Shown here: in pieces, positions 11,323 through 18,760 of the stretch
How the letters are laid out: each line of letters begins with the position of its first letter
Numbering within the stretch: the first letter of the stretch is position 1
Source of the DNA: Cognatilysobacter bugurensis
GTDB taxonomy: Bacteria; Pseudomonadota; Gammaproteobacteria; Xanthomonadales; Xanthomonadaceae
Length of the DNA stretch: 32,000 nt
Direction of reading: 5' to 3'
Assembly: GCF_014652095.1 (NCBI RefSeq)
Contig: NZ_BMYD01000001.1
Span: forward strand, 268,633 to 300,632
Made by a program: the position numbers and the translations under genes
The notes under the pieces: model-generated
The model's input: only the letters and a program-made list of their open reading frames with translations
Databases searched by the model: none
What the model was told of the DNA's origin: nothing

Positions 11323-12386
11323 TGCTCGGGCGGGACGTTGCCGCGGCTCGGGGCTTCCTTGCGCCGCCGCATCGCCTCGACACACTCGTCAATCAGCGCA
11401 GGCCCGCGGTACACGAGGCCGGAGTAGCACTGCACGAGGCTCGCCCCGGCGGCCATCTTCGTCACCGCGTCGGCCCCGGACAGGATGCCGCCGACGCCGA
11501 TCAACGGGATCGTCTCGGGCAGGCGGGTGCGCATCATGCGCAGCACGGTCGTTGCCTGCGCCATCACCGGTCGGCCGGACAAGCCGCCGGCCTCGTCGGC
11601 CACGGGCAGGTGTTCGACGTCCGGCCGGCCTATCGTCGTGTTCGTCGCGATGACGCCGTCGACCTGGAGGTCGCTGAGCACCCGCGCGGCGGCCTCGATA
11701 TCGCTGTCGCTCAGATCAGGCGCGATCTTCACCAGCATCGGAACGCGCTTGCCATGCCGCGCGCCAAGACGCTCCTGCGCCTCGCGCAGCGCGCCGACCA
11801 GCCGACGCAGCGCCTGTTCTTCCTGCAGCTCGCGCAGGCCCGCGGTGTTCGGCGAAGAGATATTGACCGTCACGTAGTCCGCGAGCGGGTACACGCGCTC
11901 CAGGCAATGCAAGTAGTCGGCTTCAGCCAGTTCGTTCGGTGTGTCTTTGTTCTTGCCGATGTTGATGCCGAGCACGCCGCGGCGCGTGCGCATGCGTTCG
12001 ACGTTGTGCGCGAGCGCGTCGACGCCGTCGTTGTTGAACCCGAGCCGGTTGATGATCGCGCTGTGCTCCGCGATGCGAAACATGCGCGGCTTCGGGTTGC
12101 CCGCCTGCGGCCGGGGCGTGACCGTGCCCACCTCGACGAAGCCGAAGCCGAGCGCGAACAGGGCTTCGGCGTGCAGCGCGTTCTTGTCGAGCCCGGCAGC
12201 GAGGCCGACCGGGTTCGGGAACGTGAGCCCGAACACGCGCGTCGGGAACGGCTTTGGCGGGCGCGGCAGCAGCAGTCTGCCGCTGATCGCGTGCAGCGTG
12301 TCGAGCGCGCGCAGCGTCAGGCCGTGCGCGGTTTCGGCATCCAGACGGAACAGCAGCGGGCGGGCGAGGGCGTAGGCGGGGCGCAT
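11319..12386 (-). CDS. pyrD: dihydroorotate dehydrogenase (quinone), class 2
   Basis: Inner ATG (complement of 12384-12386) of ORF 11319..12425. Motifs: [68 protein letters not shown] and GVGGI. Confidence 0.93.
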   Translation of the reverse strand: MRPAYALARPLLFRLDAETAHGLTLRALDTLHAISGRLLLPRPPKPFPTRVFGLTFPNPVGLAAGLDKNALHAEALFALGFGFVEVGTVTPRPQAGNPKPRMFRIAEHSAIINRLGFNNDGVDALAHNVERMRTRRGVLGINIGKNKDTPNELAEADYLHCLERVYPLADYVTVNISSPNTAGLRELQEEQALRRLVGALREAQERLGARHGKRVPMLVKIAPDLSDSDIEAAARVLSDLQVDGVIATNTTIGRPDVEHLPVADEAGGLSGRPVMAQATTVLRMMRTRLPETIPLIGVGGILSGADAVTKMAAGASLVQCYSGLVYRGPALIDECVEAMRRRKEAPSRGNVPPEQ

Positions 12387-12390
12387 CGTC

Positions 12391-12678
12391 TCAGTGCATC
12401 TCCGACAACCAGGCGAGTCCGCCAAAGAACACGATGGCCGCGACCACCATCAGCACGGCGGCAACTGCCATGCCGATGCCGAGCCAACCGAGCACGAGCC
12501 CGGCGACCGCGAGCCCGTCGCCCTCAAGGCCGCTCGCGCGCCGGATCTCGGCGCGCGCCATGTGGCCGGTGACGACCGCGACGAGGCAGCCGATCAGCGG
12601 CAGCAAGGTCCAGCCGAGCACGCCCGACACGAGGCTCGCGATCGCGAGCGATGAAGTCGTGCGGGCGGGTTCGTTCAT
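12391..12678 (-). CDS. small membrane protein (DUF4190-like, 95 aa)
   Basis: ORF of 95 aa with two or three TM helices ([36 protein letters not shown]...[16 protein letters not shown]), a pattern typical of DUF4190-type proteins. GGAGGG RBS upstream. The stop is 4 nt before the pyrD start. Confidence 0.6.
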   Translation of the reverse strand: MNEPARTTSSLAIASLVSGVLGWTLLPLIGCLVAVVTGHMARAEIRRASGLEGDGLAVAGLVLGWLGIGMAVAAVLMVVAAIVFFGGLAWLSEMH

Positions 12679-12729
12679 CGCGGCGCCCTCCGGGCGTCGT
12701 GGGCCACGTGTCAGACGTCAGGCTTCGGA

Positions 12730-14262
12730 TCAGAGATCGAACTTGATGCCCTGCGCGAGCGGCATCGAGTCGGAGTAGTTGATCGTGTTCGTCTGGCGGC
12801 GCATGTAGGCCTTCCAGGCGTCCGAACCCGACTCACGACCGCCGCCGGTCTCCTTTTCACCGCCGAACGCACCGCCGATCTCCGCGCCCGAGGTGCCGAT
12901 GTTGACGTTCGCGATGCCGCAGTCCGAACCCCACGCCGTGAGGAACTGCTCGGCGTTCTTGAGGTTCGTGGTGAAGATCGACGACGACAGCCCCTGCGGC
13001 ACGGCGTTCTGCAGTTCGATCGCTTCTTCGAGCGTCGAGTACTTCATGACGTACAGGATCGGCGCGAATGTCTCGGTCTGCACGACTTCCGCGTCGTTCG
13101 TCAGGCCGGTGACGATCGCCGGCAGCACGAAGTTGCCCGGGCGATCGATCGCTTCGCCGCCGGTCTCGATCGTGCCGCCCTGCGCCTTCGCGCGGGCGAT
13201 CGCATCGAGGTAGCCCTTCACCGCGTCCTGGCTGTTCAGCGGACCCATGAGGTTGGCCGCGTCGGTCGGGTCGCCGATCTTGCCTTCGACCTGCTTGTAC
13301 GCGGTCTTGAGCTTGCCGAGCACCTCGTCGTAGATCGACTCGTGCACGAACAGGCGGCGCGTCGTCGTGCAGCGCTGGCCGGCCGTGCCGACCGCGCCGA
13401 ACACGATCGCCGGAATCGCGAGGTTCAGGTCGGCCGACGGGTCGACGATGATCGCGTTGTTGCCGCCGAGTTCGAGCAGGGAGCGGCCCATGCGGCGCGC
13501 GACGCATTCGCCGACGTGGCGGCCGACCTTGGTCGAGCCGGTGAAGCTGATCAGCGGGACGCGCTTGTCGTCGACGAAGCGCTGCGCGAGCTCGTTACCC
13601 GCGTCGTTGAACAGGAAGAAGATGTCCGGGAAGCCACCGGCCTTCAGCGCTTCGTTGCAGATCTTCATCGACGCGATCGCCGAGAGCGGGGTCTTCGGCG
13701 ACGGCTTCCAGATCGAGATATCGCCGCATACAGCCGCGACGAACGAGTTCCACGCCCACACCGCGACCGGGAAGTTGAACGCCGAGATGATTCCGACCAG
13801 GCCGATCGGGTGCCACTGCTCGTACATGCGGTGGCCCGGGCGCTCGGAATGCATCGTCAGGCCGTAGAGCTGGCGCGACAGACCGACGGCGAACTCGCCG
13901 ATGTCGATCATCTCCTGCACTTCGCCGTCGCCCTCGGGCTTGGACTTGCCCATCTCGAGCGCGACCAGCGAGCCGAGCGCGTCCTTATGGGTGCGCAGCG
14001 CATCGGCGCACAGGCGGATCGCCTCGCCACGGCGCGGGGCCGGCGTCTGGCGCCACACCTTGAAGGCGGCCTGGGCGCGCTCGACGATCGTCTCGTACTC
14101 GGCCTGCGTCGTCGCGTTCACGCGCGCGAGCACCTGGCCGTCGGTCGGGCTGACGGACTCGACGAGGCCGGCGCCGCCGGTGGTCGACCATTCCCCGCCG
14201 CCAAGATAGGTGCCCGATTCGAGTTCGGTGAGGCCGAGGGCGGTAAGGACGGAATGGGTCAT
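12730..14262 (-). CDS. ALDH7-type aldehyde dehydrogenase (alpha-aminoadipic semialdehyde / piperideine-6-carboxylate dehydrogenase-like)
   Basis: Inner ATG (complement of 14260-14262) of ORF 12730..14403, with AGGAG 7 nt upstream. ALDH7/AmaB-like signatures are [40 protein letters not shown] and GQRCTTTRR. Confidence 0.85.
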   Translation of the reverse strand: MTHSVLTALGLTELESGTYLGGGEWSTTGGAGLVESVSPTDGQVLARVNATTQAEYETIVERAQAAFKVWRQTPAPRRGEAIRLCADALRTHKDALGSLVALEMGKSKPEGDGEVQEMIDIGEFAVGLSRQLYGLTMHSERPGHRMYEQWHPIGLVGIISAFNFPVAVWAWNSFVAAVCGDISIWKPSPKTPLSAIASMKICNEALKAGGFPDIFFLFNDAGNELAQRFVDDKRVPLISFTGSTKVGRHVGECVARRMGRSLLELGGNNAIIVDPSADLNLAIPAIVFGAVGTAGQRCTTTRRLFVHESIYDEVLGKLKTAYKQVEGKIGDPTDAANLMGPLNSQDAVKGYLDAIARAKAQGGTIETGGEAIDRPGNFVLPAIVTGLTNDAEVVQTETFAPILYVMKYSTLEEAIELQNAVPQGLSSSIFTTNLKNAEQFLTAWGSDCGIANVNIGTSGAEIGGAFGGEKETGGGRESGSDAWKAYMRRQTNTINYSDSMPLAQGIKFDL

Positions 14263-14346
14263 TTGAAACTCCTGAGTCGAAAGCGGCCGGGTCATCCGGC
14301 ACGGAAGGCCGCGCGCGAAAGCGCGCCGCCGAAGCCCCGTACGAAA

Positions 14347-14370
14347 AGCCCGCACAGGGACGTGCGGGCT
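14347..14370 (-). terminator. putative rho-independent terminator downstream of tRNA-Arg
   Basis: Perfect 9-bp inverted repeat agcccgcac/gtgcgggct with a 6-nt loop. On the minus strand it is followed by TTTCGT, a short U tract. Confidence 0.55.
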
Positions 14371-14388
14371 CATGCAGAGGGACCTGCT

Positions 14389-14465
14389 TGGCGGCCCCGA
14401 CACGATTCGAACGTGCGACCTGTCCCTTAGGAGGGGACCGCTCTATCCAGCTGAGCTACGGGGCC
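14389..14465 (-). tRNA. tRNA-Arg (anticodon CCT), 77 nt with encoded CCA
   Basis: Hand-folded cloverleaf: GGCCCCG-UA-GCUC-AGCUGGAUA-GAGC-G-GUCCC-CUCCUAA-GGGAC-AGGUC-GCACG-UUCGAAU-CGUGU-CGGGGCC-G-CCA. The acceptor, D, anticodon and T stems all pair. Confidence 0.92.
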
Positions 14466-14701
14466 AAGCGGGGCATTTTTGCACGAACGGGCCGAGGGCC
14501 GGAATCGGCCCCTGGACGGGCGGCCTCCGGCGCTGCTCGCGGCGCGCTCACCCGCGAGGCGCGGGAGCCTTTCCATGAGAGCGCCGCGGCCCCACCATAG
14601 GCGCAGTAGCAGCACAGCCATGGACGGCGGCGCTTCCCAGCCTTGTCGTGCCATGCAAACCGCCGCGGATGCGGTGATGGCCCACCGTCTGGAGATGCAG
14701 C

Positions 14702-16972
14702 GTGTACGGATACACCCCTGAAAGCCTCGCCCGCGTTGCCCGCCTCAATCAGGACACCCGGCTGATCCGGGTGGCGTCGCCGCTCGAGGCCGACGCATTC
14801 ATCGTCCATCGGGTGCACGGCACCGAGGCGCTGTCGCGCCCCTTCCAGTTCTCCGTGGACCTGCTGTCGCCGGACGCGCAGCTGGAACTCAAACAGCTGG
14901 TCGGCCATCCGATGCGCCTGAGCCTGCACACGCCGGACGGCGACCGCCATTTCCACGGCTACGTGCAGGAGTTCGCCCGCATCGGGACCGACGGAGACCT
15001 GGCGACCTACCGCGCCGAGCTCGCGCCGTGGTTCGCGTTTCTCGATCACTCGAGCGATTGCCGGATCTTCCAGGACCGCACGGTCGTGGAGATCGTCGAA
15101 GAGGTGTTTGCGCCGTACGCCGAGCTCGCCGCCTGCCGCTACGACCTCGACGCGGCGCGTTACTCGAAGCTCCCGTACTGCGTGCAGTACAACGAGTCCG
15201 ACTTTGCATTCGTGTCGCGGCTGCTCGAGGACGAGGGCATCCACTACCGGTTCGACCACGCCGCTGACGGCCACACGATGGTGCTGTCGGACGACTCGAC
15301 GCGTGCGCCCGCGATCGATGGTCGGGTGCGGGTGAGTTACCACGCGGACGACGGCGTGCGAAACGAGCATGGGCTCGACAGCTGGATCTCGCGCCGGCGC
15401 ATCGGTTCCAACGCGCAGGCCGTGAAGAGCTTCGACTTCAAGCAGCCCAAGAGCGCGCTGATGGTGGATCTGCCGTTGAGCATTCCCCACGGGCGGCTCC
15501 CACGACTGGAGACCTACCGATACGACGGCGCGGCCCGCTTCGCGGACTGCCGCGTGGGCGACGCGCTGGCGCTGCTGCGCGCCGAGGAGGCTGCCTGGCC
15601 GACGAAGCGGTTCGAGGCGACGGGCGATCACCGCGGGCTGCAGGCGGGGCGGCACTTCGTGTTGCACGGACACTTCGAGCATCTCGAAACGGACGAGGAG
15701 GCCCGGCAGTTCCTCGTTGTCGAGACCGTCCACGACATCCGCAACAACTTCAGCGACGGGTACACCGAAGCCGAGGGCGCGACCTACCGCTGCGCCGCGA
15801 CGTGCCTGCGCCACAAGATTCCATTCCGCCCCCAGCGGCTGACGCCCATGCCGCGCATGGCCGGCCCGCAGACGGCAACGGTCGTAGGCCCGCCCGGCGA
15901 GGAGATCCACGCCGACCGCTACGGGCGGGTCAAAGTGCAGTTCCACTGGGATCGGCTCGGCCGGTTTGACGATGCGAGCTCATGCTGGGTGCGCGTCGCA
16001 AGCCCGTGGGCGGGCGCGGGTATGGGCGGTGTCTCCGCGCCACGCGTCGGGCAAGAAGTCGTCGTGGATTTCCTCGACGGAAACCCAGACCGTCCGCTCA
16101 TCACCGGCCGGGTCTACAACGAGGACAACCTGCCGCCGTTCGGCCTCGAGGTCAGCGGCATCAAGTCCAGGACCGTCAAGGGCGAGGGCTACAACGAGGT
16201 CAGCATGCATGACGGGGCCGGCCAGCAGTTGCTGAACCTGCACGCGCAGAAGGACATGGCGACGACGGTCCTCAACGACCAGAACGCCACGGTCAACAAC
16301 AACAAGACCACCAGCGTTGCAAGCAACCACACGATGAGTGTCGGCGCGAACCAGGCGATCTCCGTCGGTGGCACGCGCGGCATCAGCGTCACCGGCGACG
16401 ACTCGTTGAGCGTGACCGGTGGGCGTACGACCGACGTCAAGGGCACAGCCACGACGACGGTGAAGGGCGCGGTCACAGAGACGTTCGAGACGGGGCAGAC
16501 CTTGTCGATCCCGGCCGTCGGATATTCGGAGACCATCACCGGCAAGTTCGACAGCGCGCTCACGGGCCCATTCAAGAGCCTGCGCGATGGCCCGTGGGAC
16601 GAGACGATCACCGGCCCGGCGAGCTGGACCGTCAATGCCGCAGTGACCGAAACCGTGACCGCAGGCGGGCGAACCGTCTCGATCACCGGCGGTGACAGCC
16701 GGTCGGTTGTCGGCGCGGTCGAGGACTCCAATCAGGGCGAGCGCACGGTGAGCGTGGTCGGCAGCAGCAGCCATCAGGTCCAGGGCCCCCACACGAGCTT
16801 CTCCACCGCGGACATGACCGTGGCATCGAGCGCGAAGGTCGTTCTTGCGGTCGGCGGCGCTTCGGTCGTCATCGACGCGGGCTCGATCACGATCAGCGCA
16901 GGCGGGTCGACGATCAAGGTCGACGCGAGCGGCGTGAGCGTCGACGGTGCCACCATCAACCTCAACTGCTGA
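14702..16972 (+). CDS. vgrG: type VI secretion system spike protein VgrG (no C-terminal effector extension)
   Basis: ORF of 756 aa. The N-terminus is gp27-like (HGTEALSRPFQFSVDLLS, YCVQYNESDFAFVSRLLEDEGIHYRF). The gp5-like OB region reads RVASPWAGAGMGGVSAPRVGQEVVVDFLDGNPDRPLITGRVYN. The C-terminus is beta-helix repeats. GTG start with GGAG 7 nt upstream. Confidence 0.93.
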   Translation: MYGYTPESLARVARLNQDTRLIRVASPLEADAFIVHRVHGTEALSRPFQFSVDLLSPDAQLELKQLVGHPMRLSLHTPDGDRHFHGYVQEFARIGTDGDLATYRAELAPWFAFLDHSSDCRIFQDRTVVEIVEEVFAPYAELAACRYDLDAARYSKLPYCVQYNESDFAFVSRLLEDEGIHYRFDHAADGHTMVLSDDSTRAPAIDGRVRVSYHADDGVRNEHGLDSWISRRRIGSNAQAVKSFDFKQPKSALMVDLPLSIPHGRLPRLETYRYDGAARFADCRVGDALALLRAEEAAWPTKRFEATGDHRGLQAGRHFVLHGHFEHLETDEEARQFLVVETVHDIRNNFSDGYTEAEGATYRCAATCLRHKIPFRPQRLTPMPRMAGPQTATVVGPPGEEIHADRYGRVKVQFHWDRLGRFDDASSCWVRVASPWAGAGMGGVSAPRVGQEVVVDFLDGNPDRPLITGRVYNEDNLPPFGLEVSGIKSRTVKGEGYNEVSMHDGAGQQLLNLHAQKDMATTVLNDQNATVNNNKTTSVASNHTMSVGANQAISVGGTRGISVTGDDSLSVTGGRTTDVKGTATTTVKGAVTETFETGQTLSIPAVGYSETITGKFDSALTGPFKSLRDGPWDETITGPASWTVNAAVTETVTAGGRTVSITGGDSRSVVGAVEDSNQGERTVSVVGSSSHQVQGPHTSFSTADMTVASSAKVVLAVGGASVVIDAGSITISAGGSTIKVDASGVSVDGATINLNC

Positions 16973-16974
16973 GC

Positions 16975-18603
16975 GTGCACATGACGAGGCAGAAGAACGC
17001 CGTTGAACGGCGTATCGACGTGCTGTGCGAGCAATGGCTGCGCGCAACTGAGGCACCGGATGTGCGAGCGGTGATCTGGCGCGTGCCCGATAACGCCGAT
17101 CGCATGATGGCGGCATTCTTCGAGGCGCAGGCGCACCCCGAACTGGCGGGCACGCCCGACTTCTTCCTGCGGCTGTCGACGCCGTTCGAGACCGGGTTCG
17201 GGTACAGCCGGGCGCTGAAGGAAGATCTGCGGCGTCGCTATCTGGACAGCCGCGACAACATGGCAGAGGAGGGCGTCGCGCAGGACTGGCTCGATGCCTA
17301 CCGCCAACAGCCGGACACCGCGGCGGGCACGCTGGCGCAGTGGGCCTCGTTTGCGACGCACCACCGGGAGCGGATGCGCTACTTCGCGGCGGTGCTCTCG
17401 CCCGAACAGGTCGCATCGCCGGCGGCGTTCGAGCGCTGGCTGGACGCGGCACTCGCGACGCCCGCCCCGGCCAATGTCCGCCTCGTCCTCGTCGACTACG
17501 CGTCCACACGGCAGTGGCAGCCGTTGGTTGAGCGCCACGGATCGTCGGTGACCGTCATCGACGCGCCCGTGGACATGTTCGACATCGCGCGCGACATCGC
17601 CGCTCAATCCGGTGGGGCAGGCCCGCAGACGGCATTCCGGCAGATGCTCGCCGATGTCATGACGCTGCTCGACAAGGGCAGTGCATCCCAGGTGGTCGCA
17701 CGCGGCGAGCGGGCTATCGCGCTTGCACAGCGCGCTGATTGGCCCGATCAGCAGGTCGTGGTGCACATGGCAGTCGCCGGTGCGTACATGAAGGAGCAGC
17801 AGTTTCCCGAGGCGATTGCCCGCTACCGCACCGCCCGCGAGCGGGCACTCGACGCCGAGCGCGCATCCCACCCGGCCGGGCTCCAGCTCGTCATGCAAAC
17901 GTGGTTCGGCGAAGCCGGCGTGTGGCTCGTGGCCGGTCAGCCGGAACGAGCGGCGGCGGCATATGCCGAAGGCGCGGAGGTGGCCCGGCGCATGCCGAAC
18001 GCGATGTTCGTGATCGAAGGCCTGCGCATGGCCGGCTTCTGTCTCGCGCAAGCCGGGCGTCGCGAACCGGCGCGGGATTACGGGCTGCAAGCGCTTGCAG
18101 CAGCGCGCGATGTGCCTGCGTCGGACCGTCCAATGACCACACTGCCGCTTCTACTGCAGGATCTGTTACGCCTGCAGGACGCGCCGCGCACCGAAAAGAT
18201 CGAGCGCGCCGCGGAGCAGTATCGCGTGGCCGTTGAATCGGCGCGCGACGCCGCGGAGATGCGCGCTGCCCGACTCGGCGCCGATCCAACGTGCCTGGAG
18301 CTGGAGCGCATCGAAGCGGAGCTGCAAGGGCGGTACGAGACGGCATTCGCCAATGCCGCCCGCGAGCGCGAGCGGCAGATCGCGGGTGGCGACGCGTTCT
18401 TCCGCCGCGTGGTCGCCGTGGGCCGCGACTTTCTGCATCCGAGATGGAGCGGCCTGCCCGACATTCGGCATCCGCTCGACAAGGCGATTGTGGAGTGGAG
18501 CGAGCCTCCGCAGTTCGCGGTGCTGCCCGACCCGGAGCCGCTGTTTACGCCTGAGTCGGCGACCGTGGCGCGCGCACCCGCTGCCGAGGAAACCGTTGCA
18601 TGA
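16975..18603 (+). CDS. hypothetical protein, alpha-helical/TPR-like repeats; candidate T6SS adaptor or cargo (family not recognised)
   Basis: ORF of 542 aa starting 2 nt (GTG) or 8 nt (ATG 16981) after the vgrG stop. No signal peptide or TM helix. The central region looks like helical hairpin repeats (AIALAQRADWPDQQVVVHMAVAGAYMKEQQFPEAIARYRTARERAL...AAAAYAEGAEVARRM...). I did not recognise catalytic motifs or the known adaptor families. Confidence 0.6.
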   Translation: MHMTRQKNAVERRIDVLCEQWLRATEAPDVRAVIWRVPDNADRMMAAFFEAQAHPELAGTPDFFLRLSTPFETGFGYSRALKEDLRRRYLDSRDNMAEEGVAQDWLDAYRQQPDTAAGTLAQWASFATHHRERMRYFAAVLSPEQVASPAAFERWLDAALATPAPANVRLVLVDYASTRQWQPLVERHGSSVTVIDAPVDMFDIARDIAAQSGGAGPQTAFRQMLADVMTLLDKGSASQVVARGERAIALAQRADWPDQQVVVHMAVAGAYMKEQQFPEAIARYRTARERALDAERASHPAGLQLVMQTWFGEAGVWLVAGQPERAAAAYAEGAEVARRMPNAMFVIEGLRMAGFCLAQAGRREPARDYGLQALAAARDVPASDRPMTTLPLLLQDLLRLQDAPRTEKIERAAEQYRVAVESARDAAEMRAARLGADPTCLELERIEAELQGRYETAFANAARERERQIAGGDAFFRRVVAVGRDFLHPRWSGLPDIRHPLDKAIVEWSEPPQFAVLPDPEPLFTPESATVARAPAAEETVA

Positions 18604-18728
18604 CGCCCCGCCGTTTGTTCGTGCTCGCCGGTGTCACTGCGCTCGTGATCGGCCTCGTTTGGATGCTCGGCGACGAGTACGGCAACGAAGCGCGCGCCCT
18701 GCTGCGCGCCGTGGCCCGCGCGCTCTAG
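18600..18728 (+). CDS. 42-aa single-pass membrane micro-protein (unannotated small ORF)
   Basis: Hand translation: MTPRRLFVLAGVTALVIGLVWMLGDEYGNEARALLRAVARAL*. The ATG overlaps the TGA of the upstream gene (gcATGAcg), with GAGGA 9 nt upstream. It has an N-terminal RR, an 18-residue hydrophobic helix, and an amphipathic tail. It is below the track's size cutoff. Confidence 0.5.
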   Translation: MTPRRLFVLAGVTALVIGLVWMLGDEYGNEARALLRAVARAL

Positions 18729-18760
18729 CGCATCAACCCGCATCGACGCAAAGGATTGCC

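Noticed and set aside
14466-14520. Possible tRNA-Arg promoter (TGCAAAAAT on the minus strand just upstream of the tRNA 5' end)
   Set aside because: The -10-like element is too close to the mature 5' end and no convincing -35 was seen, so there is not enough support to report it as a feature.
14389-14701. Classical tRNA-integrated genomic island with integrase and att direct repeats
   Set aside because: No integrase or recombinase ORF was seen. The island is on the 5' side of the tRNA. By eye I could not find a copy of either tRNA end near 23896-23914. A computational repeat search is still advisable.
18233-18760. N-terminal 176-codon extension of the Rhs ORF as given in the track
   Set aside because: It overlaps the 3' end of orf542 and all of orf42, and its translation is Arg/Ala-rich nonsense. 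A GTG with a well-spaced AAGGA at 18761 begins the recognisable PAAR-like sequence.
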